A DNA stretch of 63,874 nucleotides, the filler included, from Chiloscyllium plagiosum (Eukaryota), in NCBI RefSeq assembly GCF_004010195.1. It is 3 parts of one record of this genome, joined end to end, with 100 filler letters (N's around TTAATTAATTAA, not from the genome) between each part and the next. Parts side by side here need not be neighbours in the genome. Positions count along the whole stretch, not along the records: positions 23,193 to 52,778 come from NC_057713.1; 2 more parts are not named here. One strand, 5' to 3'. Position numbers and translations under genes: made by a program. Positions 35,330 to 47,335 of the stretch are shown in pieces (positions within the stretch are counted from its first letter, which is position 1; every line of letters begins with the position of its first letter). The notes under the pieces are model-generated. The model was not told the origin of the DNA. It saw only the letters and a list, made by a program, of their open reading frames with translations, and searched no databases.

Positions 35330-37690
35330 GAATCAAGATGAAGAGTAATATTTATAAGACAGAATTAAAGGAACTATTTCCAAATGCAAGCAGATTTACA
35401 ACAAAGTTAGATGAATTATTATTTATTAGATTATTAGATTACTTACAGAGTGGAAACAGGCCCTTCGGTCCAACAAGTCCACACCAACCCACCGAAGTGC
35501 AACCCACCCAGACCCATTCCCCTACATTTACCCTTTCACCTAACACTACAGGTAATTTAGCATGGCCAATTCACCTAACCTGCAATTGATGGCACTAATA
35601 GAAGTAAACAGATATGATATAACTGCCATTATGGAGACATGGTTGCAAAGTGACCAAGGATGATTACTGAATATTCAAGTATATTACTTAATTAGGAAAA
35701 ATAAGTAAATAGAAAATGAGGCATGGTAGTGTGTTGATAATAAGGGATAGGATCAGTACATTGGTAAGAGAAGATCTTGGATTGGAAGATGAGGCATGGA
35801 ATCTGTTATATTTGAACTATGAAACAGCAAATTACATCTAATATTGGTGAGAATATTGTTGTAGACCACTAACAGTAATGGTAATGCAGGATGTTAGAGA
35901 AAATAGGAACTTAGATGCTTGTGAGAATGGTATACTGGGTGACTTTGACCTGTCTATAGACTGAGTAAATTCAAATGAGTGGCAATCATAAAGAGGAGGC
36001 ATTATTAGACTGTGTATGAGATGGTGTTGTATGGAGGAACCAAGTAGGAACAAGGTATTTTAGATCCAGTATTATGCATTAGAAATATCTAATTAGTAAT
36101 CTTCTTGTAAATTAAAATTTAGGGAAGAGTAATAATTGGATAGCTGAATTTTCTATTACATTTATAAATATCATACTGTAATCCAAACCTGTCGTCTTTA
36201 AATCTGAACAAAAGATTTTATGATGGCCAAATTGTTTATGGGAAAATACATTAAGATGTGTGACAGGAGATAGACAATGGCTGGTACTAAAAGAACTGAC
36301 ACATGGCTTGTATTCCTTTAAGGTACAGAAAAACAAGTGAGGAAATTATGACGAACGAAATAACTTTAAAAATTATATCAGATCAAAGGTTCAGTCTTAA
36401 AATGTTGAAATCCAAAAGTCTGGGGACACTTTACCATTCAGAAAAGCATGAAAAAAGATATGGATAAAGAAAAGAAGAATAGAATATGATTTTAAATGAG
36501 AAAGAAACATAAAATCAAACTATACAAGCTTCAACAGGCATATTTAAAGGAAAGGATTGACAACAACAAATGTGGCCCATTAAGACAGGAACAGGATGAC
36601 TTATAATGGGAAATAAAGAAATGGTAGGAAAGCTAAAATAATTATGTTATATCTGTCCTCACAGAGGAAGCTACATCTCCCAGGAATAATGGAGTGCAGA
36701 GGAAATGAGGAAATAAAATAAATTAGTTTCTATTGAAAATAAATTAATAAATCCATATGTTGACACATCATAAAGTTCCAATGAACTACATCCCAGAGTA
36801 TTGGAAAGACAACTTTCGAGATAATGACTGTAGTGGTGATCATCTTTCAAAATTCAACAGATTCTGGAATGGTGTGTAGATTAGAAGGTTGCAGATGTGA
36901 CACTGCTCTTTAAGAGAGGAGGGAAATAGAAAACCAGGAAGTACAGACTGAATAGCCTGATAATTAAAAGGAAGGAAAATTCTATAATCGATTGTAAAGG
37001 ATGTGACAACTGGACACTTAGAAAACAATAGTTTGATTAGGCAAAGTCAACATAGATTTATGAAAGGAAAACCATGTTTTACAAACCCATTGAAGGTGTT
37101 TTCTGAATGTTATCAGGGAAACAGCTAAGGGGAACCCATTAAAGTTGGCACATTTGGATTTTCAGATTTTTAAGAAGGTCACAAGATGGGAGGTGTTGGT
37201 GTGGACTTGTTGGCCGAAGGGCCTGTTTCCACACTGTAACTAAGTAATCTAATATAGAATAGAGAGTAATATTCTGAAATGGATTCAGGACTGATAGCAG
37301 AGAGGAAACAGAACAGGAATAATATTTTTTAGATTTTTTAGATTACTTACAGTGTGGAAACAGGCCCTTCGGCCCAACAAGTCCACACCGACCCGCCGAA
37401 GCGAAACCCACCCATACCCCTACATTTACCCCTTTAACCTAACACTACGGGCAATTTAGCATAGCCAATTCACCTGACCTGCACATCTTTGGACTGTGGG
37501 AGGAAACCGGAGCACCCGGAGGAAACCCACGCAGACACGGGGAGAATGTGCAAACTCCACACAGTCAGTCGCCTGAGTCGGGAATTGAACCCGGGTCTCT
37601 GGCGCTGTGAGGCAGCAGTGCTAACCACTGTGCCACCGTGCCGCCTTAAATATGGATCTTTCTCACATTGATAGACGGTGACAAATATTT
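35330..37690 (+). mobile_element. Old CR1 ORF2 (endonuclease to RT) with nested HE1 inserts at 35418-35583 (-), about 37185-37255 (+) and 37326-37645 (-)
   Basis: KLDE|LMALIEVNRYDITAIMETWLQ resumes across the 35418-35583 insert (aatt duplicated). Later LIRQSQHRFMKGKPCFTN. Confidence 0.8.
37326..37645 (-). mobile_element. Full-length young HE1 V-SINE
   Basis: Minus strand ggcggcacggTGGCACAGTGGttagcactgctgcctcacagcgccagagacccgGGTTCAATTCCcg (intact A and B boxes), V-domain, CR1-like tail; many CpGs retained. Confidence 0.95.
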
Positions 37691-37939
37691 GATTGACTTG
37701 AAATGGTTCCACAGTAATTCCTGCTTTAAAACACTCTTCCTTTTATCTGTTCCTCTGTCTACTTTCATTTTCTAAGTACAGAGCTACTTCCTAACTACTT
37801 TAAAGAAAATAATTTGAATCTTCCATTTATTTTGTTTGGATTTGACCCTGAATGTGACATTTAGATGTTGACCATGAAGAAGGAATATACAATGACTTAA
37901 GATATGCATCCCTGTTTCTGTCATCAGTTTCCTTAATAT

Positions 37940-37957
37940 GTTTGTGTGTGCATGCGC

Positions 37958-37992
<35 letters not shown>

Positions 37993-38045
37993 GAAGAAAG
38001 AAAGAGAGAGAGAGCAAAAGAGAGAGAGATGGAGGGAGAAAGCAA
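37940..38045. repeat. Compound (GT)n(GA)n microsatellite
   Basis: About 13 GT units followed by a GA-rich tract. Confidence 0.9.
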
Positions 38046-40094
38046 GAGTAAGAGAATTTGGTTGTGAGGTATTGATTGTTCAAAATCCCTATGTTCACAT
38101 TTCTGATGGGAGATTGAACATTTCTGCATGAATTGTGGTGGTCTAGATATCAACTGTGCCCTTGAACAACATTGTGAGACACAAGCCTAAACATACTTTC
38201 AACTGAAACTCCTCTTTTCCATTTTGTTTGGAAGAATTAACCATTTAATTTAAAAAAGCTTATCGACTCCTTTAAAAATAGAAGAAAGGGATTTCAGTCA
38301 GCAGGTCAGGTAGTCCTGCACATATTATCCTTAGCATAACTTCAAATTCACTGTTTCTCATTAGTAAGACAGAGAGGAGACTTTGAGAAATTAGAATAAA
38401 TAATATTATATGAAAACCATGGGGCGCCATGATAATTTTGCAAATGTTACATCAAGCATTATTCCTTTCTTTCCTACATCTCTCGCAAAAATTCTCATTT
38501 GCAAATCCCTCCTTATTTGCAAGCAGATTGTCAATTAATGGAACTCGGATAAAAGATTAAGCAAGAACCATTCCTATATCTTAGAGCTCATCAATCATTC
38601 ACTCTTTTACTAAAACAATTCATTTTCATGGGGATAATTGATGAGCATCAATACATTAGGTGAGGAGACTGATAATAAGGTGATATTTAACTGGATAGAA
38701 CAATTGTAACTTACTTTACAGCAGTTAGCTATCTCTCTGATTAATTCAAGGTCAAGCATCCCAATTTGTACTTTGACCAGTATTGGAAAAGAAAATATAA
38801 ACTGCCTTTCTTCTTAATTCCATGTTGGTTGAATTGATCGACCTTGATCATTACAGTTGCTGGAATTCCTATTTTTTCACATTGTTGATAAAAAAGACCA
38901 TTTACAAAATGCAAACTACATTGAAACCTGTTCACAATAAACTACCTCGGTCTTTCATTCACAGAAAACTCAGCAAAGCTTTTATTCATGGAAACAGACT
39001 TTTATTTCTATCACAAGTATTGAGATGAGTGACTGCCTGGCCTTCCTCTGTGGTGGTCCTGGACATTGACAGCACAGTTAATGGATGCTGTAGATCCTTA
39101 GAGTTCTGGTTGACCTGTCCCTGGTCATTTGAGGGAATTTTTTTTTTGTCAGGAACATTGCCTCTCGGTTTCCATCATCTACTTTGAAGAACCATTTTCT
39201 TTGTGGATTGCTTACTAATCATGATTAGGTGTAACTGGGCATTTTGAATAATGTTTCAGGTCTGTGATCATAAGAACAATTTGAATGTCAACTGATTAAA
39301 AGAAACAGACCTGAAACATTGGGCTGCAATTTCAGTGCAGGGTTAGAATCTTGAGGTAGATTTTGAGTCCCAACACAACATTTGAGTTTGTGACTCTCAC
39401 AATATAATTTTGAACATAAATTGACAAATTGGCCACGGGATTCTCAGTTGAGTCACAGTTACAGGCATTGTGTATTTTTGTACAGTCATAATGAATATAT
39501 GATTGGCCGACTTCTAGATATTTTTAATGACCTTCTTCAGATATGTTATGACACATCTGTCAATGGTGGGACTTAAATGTGGGCCTCATGGCCCAGAGAC
39601 AGGAACAATTGTCAATCTTTGAGAAGATGGATCCAAGTCTGAAACAATTGTAGTAGGTCTGCAGCACCTGAAAGTGCATGAAGCAACTGTTGCAACTGTC
39701 AATATGTTCAATAGATTGTCTAACTATTGTATAAGATGTGGTTTGTTTCATCCACCAAGACAATGTCCAGCATTTCCTGATATATGCAAGCTATCTTCTA
39801 CAAGAGGACATTGAGTTAAGATATGTAGGAAATGTAGTCACACAGAAAGCTTTAAGTGCCACACCATGTTCCACAGCAGGTTGGGAAGACCAATGAACCA
39901 AGGTGCAATGCCAAAGAAATCTTTCATGTCCTGTCCATGGCACATCAAGAAAGTCCAAGAGGTAACTACAACGACAAAACTTATATTCCCAGTCAGACAG
40001 TACAAAGGAATTAATAACATGTATGATGAGTCAACACTGAAACTGCTGCCAGTGTAAATATTTTACATAAGATGTACTCAGTTGACACGATAAC

Positions 40095-40620
40095 ACCATA
40101 AGGCATAGGAGTATAAATTCGGCAATTCAGCCCATCGAGTCTACTCCACCATTCAATCATGGCTGATAAGTTTCTCAACACCATTTTCCTGCTAATCCTT
40201 GATCCCCTTTATACTCAAGTACCTTTCTTTCTCAGTCTTAAATATAATCAATGACTTGGTCTCCGCAGCCTTCATAGATTCACCACTCTCTGGCTGAAGA
40301 AGTGTCTCCTTATCTTCATTCTAAAAGGTCTTCCCTTTACACTAAGGCTATGCCCTTGGATACGAGTCTCTCCTACCAATAGAAACATCTTCTCAACATC
40401 TATTCTGTCCAGGCCATTCAGTATTCTGTATGTTTTAATTAGATGCCCCCTCATCCTTCTAAACTCCATCGTCTATAGACACAGAATTCCTCATATGCTA
40501 AGCTTTACATTCCTGGGACCATTCTCGTGAACCTCCTCTGAACACACTCCAGAGCCAGTACATCCTTCCTGAGCTATTGGGCCAAAACTGTGCACAATAC
40601 TCCAAATGTGGTCTGAGCAG
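40095..40620 (-). mobile_element. CR1-type LINE 3' end
   Basis: LRPHLEYCAQFW and MEFRRMRGHLIKTYRILNGLDRIDVEKMFLLVGETRIQGHSL...RRHFFSQRVVNL. Confidence 0.9.
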
Positions 40621-41224
40621 AGTAATAAGGTAAGTTGCAGCAATTATCCTCTTTACTAATTCCCACGCAAGCAGGCAGTGGTGACTGAGTTTAGGTGTAA
40701 GTTCTGATTTCAGAGCTAGATTCAAATTCATTTAGATTAAAAGAAATGTTTCCTCTAGTGGCTGAATATGGAACATGAATTGCAACACACAACGCACAAA
40801 ACTGTTTCTCAGAAGTGGTAAAATGTCTGTAAGGAGTAAAATTGGAAATTAAAGGACTGTAATTTTTTCTCCAACAATTCTAATAGAGAGAAGTCAGCAG
40901 AGGAGGAAGTTAGTAGTCAGCCGAATTGCTATGTGCCTAACCAATGTATGCTGAGGAGTAAGACACTGGACTTAATACATTGTATAAGTACCAACTGTGT
41001 TCCACTGTGGAATTTCTTATTATATTAGTATAAATATTATGTAAGAAACCTGACAGTTAATGTCCATTGGATAATCTTGGGGTAATACTTTCAAACTGTC
41101 CAGCAAACCAGCATAATACAGCATTTTGATCTCATGACAGTGAAGATCACAACTTATAATGATTCGCCATCCCCACTCAAAAACCTTACTTTCATGTGCT
41201 GACCTTTTGACCATCAGTGATAAT

Positions 41225-41830
41225 AGAATAGAGTATGCATTCAACCCTCAACCCTGCTTCACCATTCTATAACAGAAAGTCAGGTTTTATTACTCCACAT
41301 TCCCACCTACATCCAATGACCTTTCAATCACTTGCTTTGTCAAGAATCTAAATAATTCTACCTTTAAAGTATTCAACAATTGTGCTTTTATGTCCTATTC
41401 AGGAAGAGAGTTCCATTGACTCTACTATCATGAGATAACATCTCTTTCACAAATGGATGGCCCCTTATATTAAAACAGTGACTATCTAATTCTATATTAT
41501 CCCACAGTTGAAAAGATCCTTCCTATATCCACCCTATCACCCTCCCTTCAAGATCATTTATGTTTCGACCAAATTTTTCCTAACTCTTCTAAACTCGAGT
41601 AGATATATGCCTAGCCAGACCAATCTATACGATAACCCTACAAGACCATCAAGATATTCGTCTCTCTGAAATGCTTCCAATGCATTTACAGCCTTTCTTA
41701 ACTAAATTCACCAGTACATGACACAATCCCCAATTATGGTCTCACCACCTTTGAATTCAACTGTCTTCACAATAAATGATAATATTCTATCAGTTTTTCT
41801 CATAATTTGCAGTACCTGAATGTCAAGATG
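41225..41830 (-). mobile_element. Highly decayed CR1 3' portion
   Basis: QVLQIMRKTDRILSFIVKTVEFK and other C-terminal remnants, plus 3' UTR-like sequence. Confidence 0.6.
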
Positions 41831-41862
41831 CAGCAAGGATGGCAGGTCAAGGAATGTTGATA

Positions 41863-42060
41863 CAGTCAGTTCTTCTCGAATGCAATTGTTGCCTTCTTGT
41901 GGAATTATAGAAAAATTATGCTGATAGTGTTGGCGCTGTATTCGCATTATAGCCAACACACGTTTTAAAAGTTTGCACTGTAAAAACAGCATTCCCAATC
42001 CATCATTTGCATTACAGCGAATTTGCATTAATGAAATGCACGTTATAACAGAACAACCTG
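41863..42060. mobile_element. Tc1/mariner-pogo (Tigger-like) MITE
   Basis: TA on both sides (41861-41862, 42061-42062). Imperfect TIRs cagtcagttcttctcgaatgc versus (reverse complement) caggttgttctgttataacgtgc. Confidence 0.6.
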
Positions 42061-42309
42061 TACACCAAAAACACAAGGAGTCCAATTTCTGTTGAAATCA
42101 ACATGGGATAGGTTGGAATTAGTGGGATTTGTTGATGAGCGAAATGTGGCTGTGAATGTGGGTTTTGTTGTATGTAGGATCAAATGACAAGGTGGGAAAA
42201 ACAAAGAAGGAGAACATGTTAAAACAGATAAATATAAATCCTATTGGAGAAAACTGCAGAGCTTTTATTAGCATTCCTTGGAAACAACTGGAAGTGAACT
42301 AAGCCCAAA

Positions 42310-43330
42310 TGAAAAGCAGAATAATATGGAAGCTGGAAATCTAAATAAAACTAAAAGCCATCGGACAGGCCATTTGGTCTATTGAGTTTATACCGACCTT
42401 CGGAAGAGCACCCTACTCAAACACACTCCCCCTACCCTATCCCCATCACACTGCATTTCCCACGGCTAATTCACCTGGCCTGTACCTCCCTAAGCATTAT
42501 GGGCAATTTAGCATGGCCAGTCCACCTAACCTGCACACCTTTGGATTGTGGGAGGGAACCAGAGCAGCCAGAGGAAACCCACGCAGACAACCATCCAAAG
42601 GTTGAACCAAATACAGGTCCCTAGCACTGTAAGGCAGCAATGCTAACCATTGAGCTACCATGCCACTGGGAAAGAAAATTCACAACTCATTAGACAGCAT
42701 CTGCTTGGAGAGAGAAAAACTGTTAACATTTCAAGTTCGTGGCTTTTTCTCAGCATTCGCAAAGTCAAAGATGTAATGGGTTTTGAGCAAGTGGTAGCTG
42801 CAATAAAAACAAAATGATAGTCTGTGATAGGGTAGAAGGCAGTTTGAATGACAGAAAAGATACCCCCTCAGGGCTACAGGGAAAGAATATAGGCCATTAT
42901 AAACACAATAAAACAATAGTGCTGAGAGTAGATGTGATGCAGAAAGAAAGGAGAACAAGGAAAGAAATTGAAATAAAATGATGACAATGGCATTTGGTCT
43001 GAAATTGTTGAACTCTGTAATGGGTCCATCGAGCTCTAAGGTGCCTAGCTGAAGGATAAGAGGTTGGTCCTGAAACTTAAATTAAGCCTCACTGAATAGG
43101 CGGAGTATTCAGTGCAATAGGCAGAGGTCATGAATGTTAATGTGATGTCAAGATAGAAAAGTAAGATGAAAGACCGCCAGGAACTCAGGATCTGCTTATA
43201 GAAAAACTGTTCCTGATCACATAATCTTTGTTTGGTCGCCCCATAGAAAGCGTTGAATAATATAGACTCGATTGAAAAAAGTACATGCCATTTGCTTGTT
43301 CACCTGGAAGGAATGGAGAGAATGTTAGAG
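42310..43330 (-). mobile_element. PLE 3' fragment with nested HE1 SINE (about 42360-42668, minus strand)
   Basis: PLE terminal repeat is split around an HE1 copy (gggcaatttagcatggcc...gctaaccattgagctaccatgccac). ORF-end remnant at 42995-43100 is homologous to 6455-6570. Confidence 0.65.
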
Positions 43331-44469
43331 GTTTGGTGTTCCATCTCTTGTGCTAAATGCTGCTAGTGGTTGTGATTGCTTTGAATTCCTTCTGCCCTTT
43401 TATCTTTTGGTTTTCAAGTATAATTGGGAATTATTTTGTGTCTTCTACAATGACACAACATCTTTTGCCATCTCTTTGTTTCCCATTGTTAATTCCCCAC
43501 TGATACTGAGAAAGGGAACAAGAGGGCAGTGAACTCAGAAGGCAGAGTGTGGTAAGTTCAGATCGAGATAGTTATCATCAAGGATGGGGAACACTTCATA
43601 CTTATTTGTGTTCCATACCTTCTCAGAATGCAGATCAATCCTCCATAACAAAGAATTTGGAGCAACTTTGAAGTGACAAAGAGCCAGCAATCTAAGCCCT
43701 TAACGCTTAGCTCTTTTTTAACAGGTCATCTCACATTTGGAAGAAATCTCTGCATCATTTGTCTGAAAATGAGAGGTTGTGGCGCAATTAATTTACTGTC
43801 TGTGTGAAAGTTAGGATTCAATCAAAAAAAATTGAAATGACTTTGAACATTTATAAAGACGTCACTGGTTAAAAAAAAGTAAAGAACCACACTTTTCTAC
43901 AATCTTTACTCTGTATAATTCCATTTCTTCTTCATTTTATCTTTTTATTTATTGCTGTCTGTATTAGTCCCTATTGAAGTACAAGTCAGAAGAGAACATC
44001 ATGTCCACTGATCCACAAACGGATGGTGACAGAATAATGGTGCATAACATGCTATGTTAATCAAAATTATGTCTAACTGATGTAGACATGGTTTGTGAAA
44101 ACTCTGCACTGTCTCACAACAACATTGAACATAAGTACGCTGAATGATTGTTTTCCATATAAATCAGTGACATACAATGCAGGATGGTGTGTAATATATC
44201 ATTTTAAAGTAAGAGCCAATAGCAGAGATCTGACAACTAATTATTGATCAGAAAACAAATGGAGATCAGGGTCACATTTTAATATGGATAAGCTTTACAA
44301 GAAACCTGATGATGAGATCAAGGTCAAGATTGTCATTCCAAATTGCAGCCGTCAGCATTCCATGGAAATCAGGGGATTGCCAAATTGTCTCTCACGTAAG
44401 TCAAACCTTCTGAATAATTAACAAGTGGCTTGGTTACATGTATTCCCAACATGTTTTCAGATGTACAAA

Positions 44470-44690
44470 TAAAACAAAGAACTTTGAATGCTGAAGATCT
44501 GAACCAAAAAGAGAAATTGCTGGAGAAACTCATCAAGTCTGGTAGCATCTGTGGAGAGAAAGCAGAGTTAATGTGTCAAGTCTAGTGATCCTAGTTCTGA
44601 AAAAAACACCTTCTTAAAAACAATTAGGGATTGACAATAAATGCTGGCTGAACCAACGATACCTGTATCCTGTGAACAAATGAAAAAGAA
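44470..44690. mobile_element. PLE terminal repeat (44470-44600) followed by a SINE/LINE 3' tail (44620-44690, +)
   Basis: gaaattgctggagaaactcatcaagtctggtagcatctgtggagagaaagcagagttaatg; then caattagggattgacaataaatgctggc...atcctgtgaacaaatgaaaaa, matching the 9735-9800 tail. Confidence 0.7.
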
Positions 44691-45039
44691 AAACTGCATG
44701 CATATCAATTAAAGAATTCTCCATATGAAAATCTGAACTTTATTCAGTTTTCCACAGGGAATGCAAATTTCCAACCAAAAACAGAGACACCACCTCTCCC
44801 TAATTCAAGCCTTATCTCTATCAGCCACCCCATAAGCTTTCCTCGTGAGAAATAGCCAAACATAAAACTGGGAAAATGCAGTTTTGTTTTGTAACATAGT
44901 AATGGTTGGTGAATTGATTGGGTGAGAGGGTAATATTTATGTTATGGATTGAAAGGTAATGTTCATCTTTACCCCCAATGGGTACAAAACTCTCAGAGAA
45001 GTTACCCATTAGAGAATTCACCAATTGTTTGTCCAATTT

Positions 45040-46150
45040 CATGATTATACTTAATTTTCAAGAAGATATTAGCAGTGGTTCTCCTTCTTGAAGTGGATCG
45101 ACCTTGAGAACTGTTGAGGAAGGCATTCTGGATATTTGATTATGTGACAGCAATATAGTGTATTTTGAATTGAAGTGCTATTAAACTTGGAAAGGAAATT
45201 GCAGTTGGTGATATCCCCATGCATTGACTGTGTTTATTCATCCACATGGAAGGTACTGGTGAAGAAGACATGTGTACCCAGCAGTCTACCTGGAAAGTAC
45301 TACACATTGATGTCACTGTGGATGGTCCAGTTAACCTTCAGGTAAATGGCAATCCCTGGATTTTTGATGATAGGAGATTCAGTAATGTCATTACAGTTTA
45401 ACAACAAAGAGAGATGGTTAGATTCTCCTTCGTGAGAGAATGGTCATTGCCATACACTTCTGTGGCAAAAAGAGCTATTTGCCACTATCAGCCAGTTCTG
45501 AATCCCATCTTTATTTTCCTGTACATGGGCAGGGATTGATGAGAACCTGAGTATTTGTGAATGGTACTGAGCATTATGCAATCATCAGCAAACATTCCCA
45601 TTTCTGACCTTGACATGGAGGAAAGTCATTCATAAAGTCACTGAAAATGGTTGGGCAGGGGGCTTGAGCTTGAAGAACTCTTCCAGTAATGTCTGCATCC
45701 TAAATTATTGGTCTGCAACAAACACAATCATCTATTTGGCTGGGCATGACTTTAAACATTGAAGAGCTTTCCCTGAATCCTTTAAGTTTACTTTCTTTCA
45801 GTTTCCTTCGTGTTATACTTGGTCATATGCTGTTTTGATACCATGGGCAGTAACTCTCATTCACCACTGGAAAATGGCTCCTTAGTTCCTGTTTGAAAAC
45901 TAAAAGGACAAATAGAGTTACAGGAATCTAAACTGAGCAGCAGTGAGCAGATTATTGCTGTGAGTGTCATTTGAGAGCACTGTCCATCACTTTGCTGATG
46001 ATTGACAGGAGAATGATGAGGTGCGGATTTTATAGATTGAATTTGCCCTTTTTTTGTGGATAGGATATACCAAAGACAATTGAGTGCATTATTGGATAGC
46101 TAGCAATTTTGTAGTTGTATTGGAACAATTTGTCTAGATGAGCAGCTAAA
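45040..46150 (-). mobile_element. Decayed RT of the second CR1/L2-superclade LINE family
   Basis: Minus strand SEMGMFADDCIM (RT FADD motif near 45580-45610), plus DIKTAYDQV-like and PGIAIYLKVNWTIHS-like remnants. Confidence 0.65.
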
Positions 46151-46469
46151 GGTTTTGGACTATGTGAATAGGTATTTTAAAGAGTTAGCATACACAAAAT
46201 TGGGTAAGATTCTATGTTTAGATTAAAGTTATCAAATTAGCGATTATCCACCATTTAAATTCTATCCAAAATGTTGATTTACAATGCATATTGCTTGCCG
46301 CTATATTGCACCTCGACACATTACTTGTATACTTTTAGCCAATATAGGTAAGGAAAGTTCACCTTCTTTAAACAATGGTCTAAATTCTTCAATCTCGTTA
46401 TAGCCAATTTGTATTGAAGAAACTAACATTATAGCAGAACCGACTGTAGGTAGGAAGAGAAGTACTGAG

Positions 46470-47335
46470 GGATGACCCAAGAAGTCTGCAGATAGATATA
46501 GACAGGTTAGGTGAGTGGACAAAAACTTGTCAAATGAAAGATAGTGTTTGAAAATGTGAGGTTATGCACTTTTTTAGGTAAAAAAACACAGAAGTTGAAT
46601 GTTATTTAAATGGAGAAAGACCAGAGATAGCTATGAAACAAAGGGAATTTGGATTTGGGAGTTCTCATGCACAAAAGAAATAAAACTAACATCTAATTAC
46701 AGCAGTGAATAGGAAAGATGAGTGGAATGTTGGCCTTTATTTCAAAGAGAATAGAGTATAAAGTAGGGACGTTTTGCTGAAACTATACAAGGCTTTAGTC
46801 ATACTACAGCTGGAATACTGTGAATAGTTTTTGGCATTTTATGTAAGAAGAGATATCCTGGCTTTTGAGGCAGTCCAGAGAAGATTCACTCAGCTGACAC
46901 CAGGTATGGAGTGACTGTCTTATGAGGAAAGATTGAGCAGGTTGGTCCTGTACTCATTGAAATTTAAAAGAATGAGGAGATAATCATGTTGGAATATACA
47001 GAATTTTCAGGGGATTTGACAGAGTAAATGCATTCCTTTTGTGGGATAGTGTAGGACCAGAGGTAACAATGTCAGAATAAGGGCTCACACATTTAAAATA
47101 GAGGTGAGAAGGGATTTGTTCTCTCAGACAATAATCAATCTATTGAATTATTTAGCATAGAGGGTTATTGAGGCTCAGTTGTTGAGTACATTCCAAAACT
47201 GAATTAGCAGTAAGGGCATCAAATGTTACAGGGAAAAGGCAGGAAAGTTGAATTCAAAGTTATCAGACTAGCCCTGAGCTCCATGATTTGATGGGCTGAA
47301 TGGCTGTTTCTATCTTTATGGCTTATGGCCTTATG
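46470..47335 (+). mobile_element. CR1 RT C-terminus and 3' UTR
   Basis: LQIDIDRLGEW, KCEVMHF, LKLYKALVILQLEYCE and LSYEERLSRLVLYSLKF motifs; tail (cttatgg)n. Confidence 0.88.

Noticed and set aside
37575..37645. tRNA gene (also 2238-2310 and 9451-9535)
   Set aside because: The A/B-box heads continue into SINE bodies and LINE-like tails, with no complete cloverleaf or terminator.
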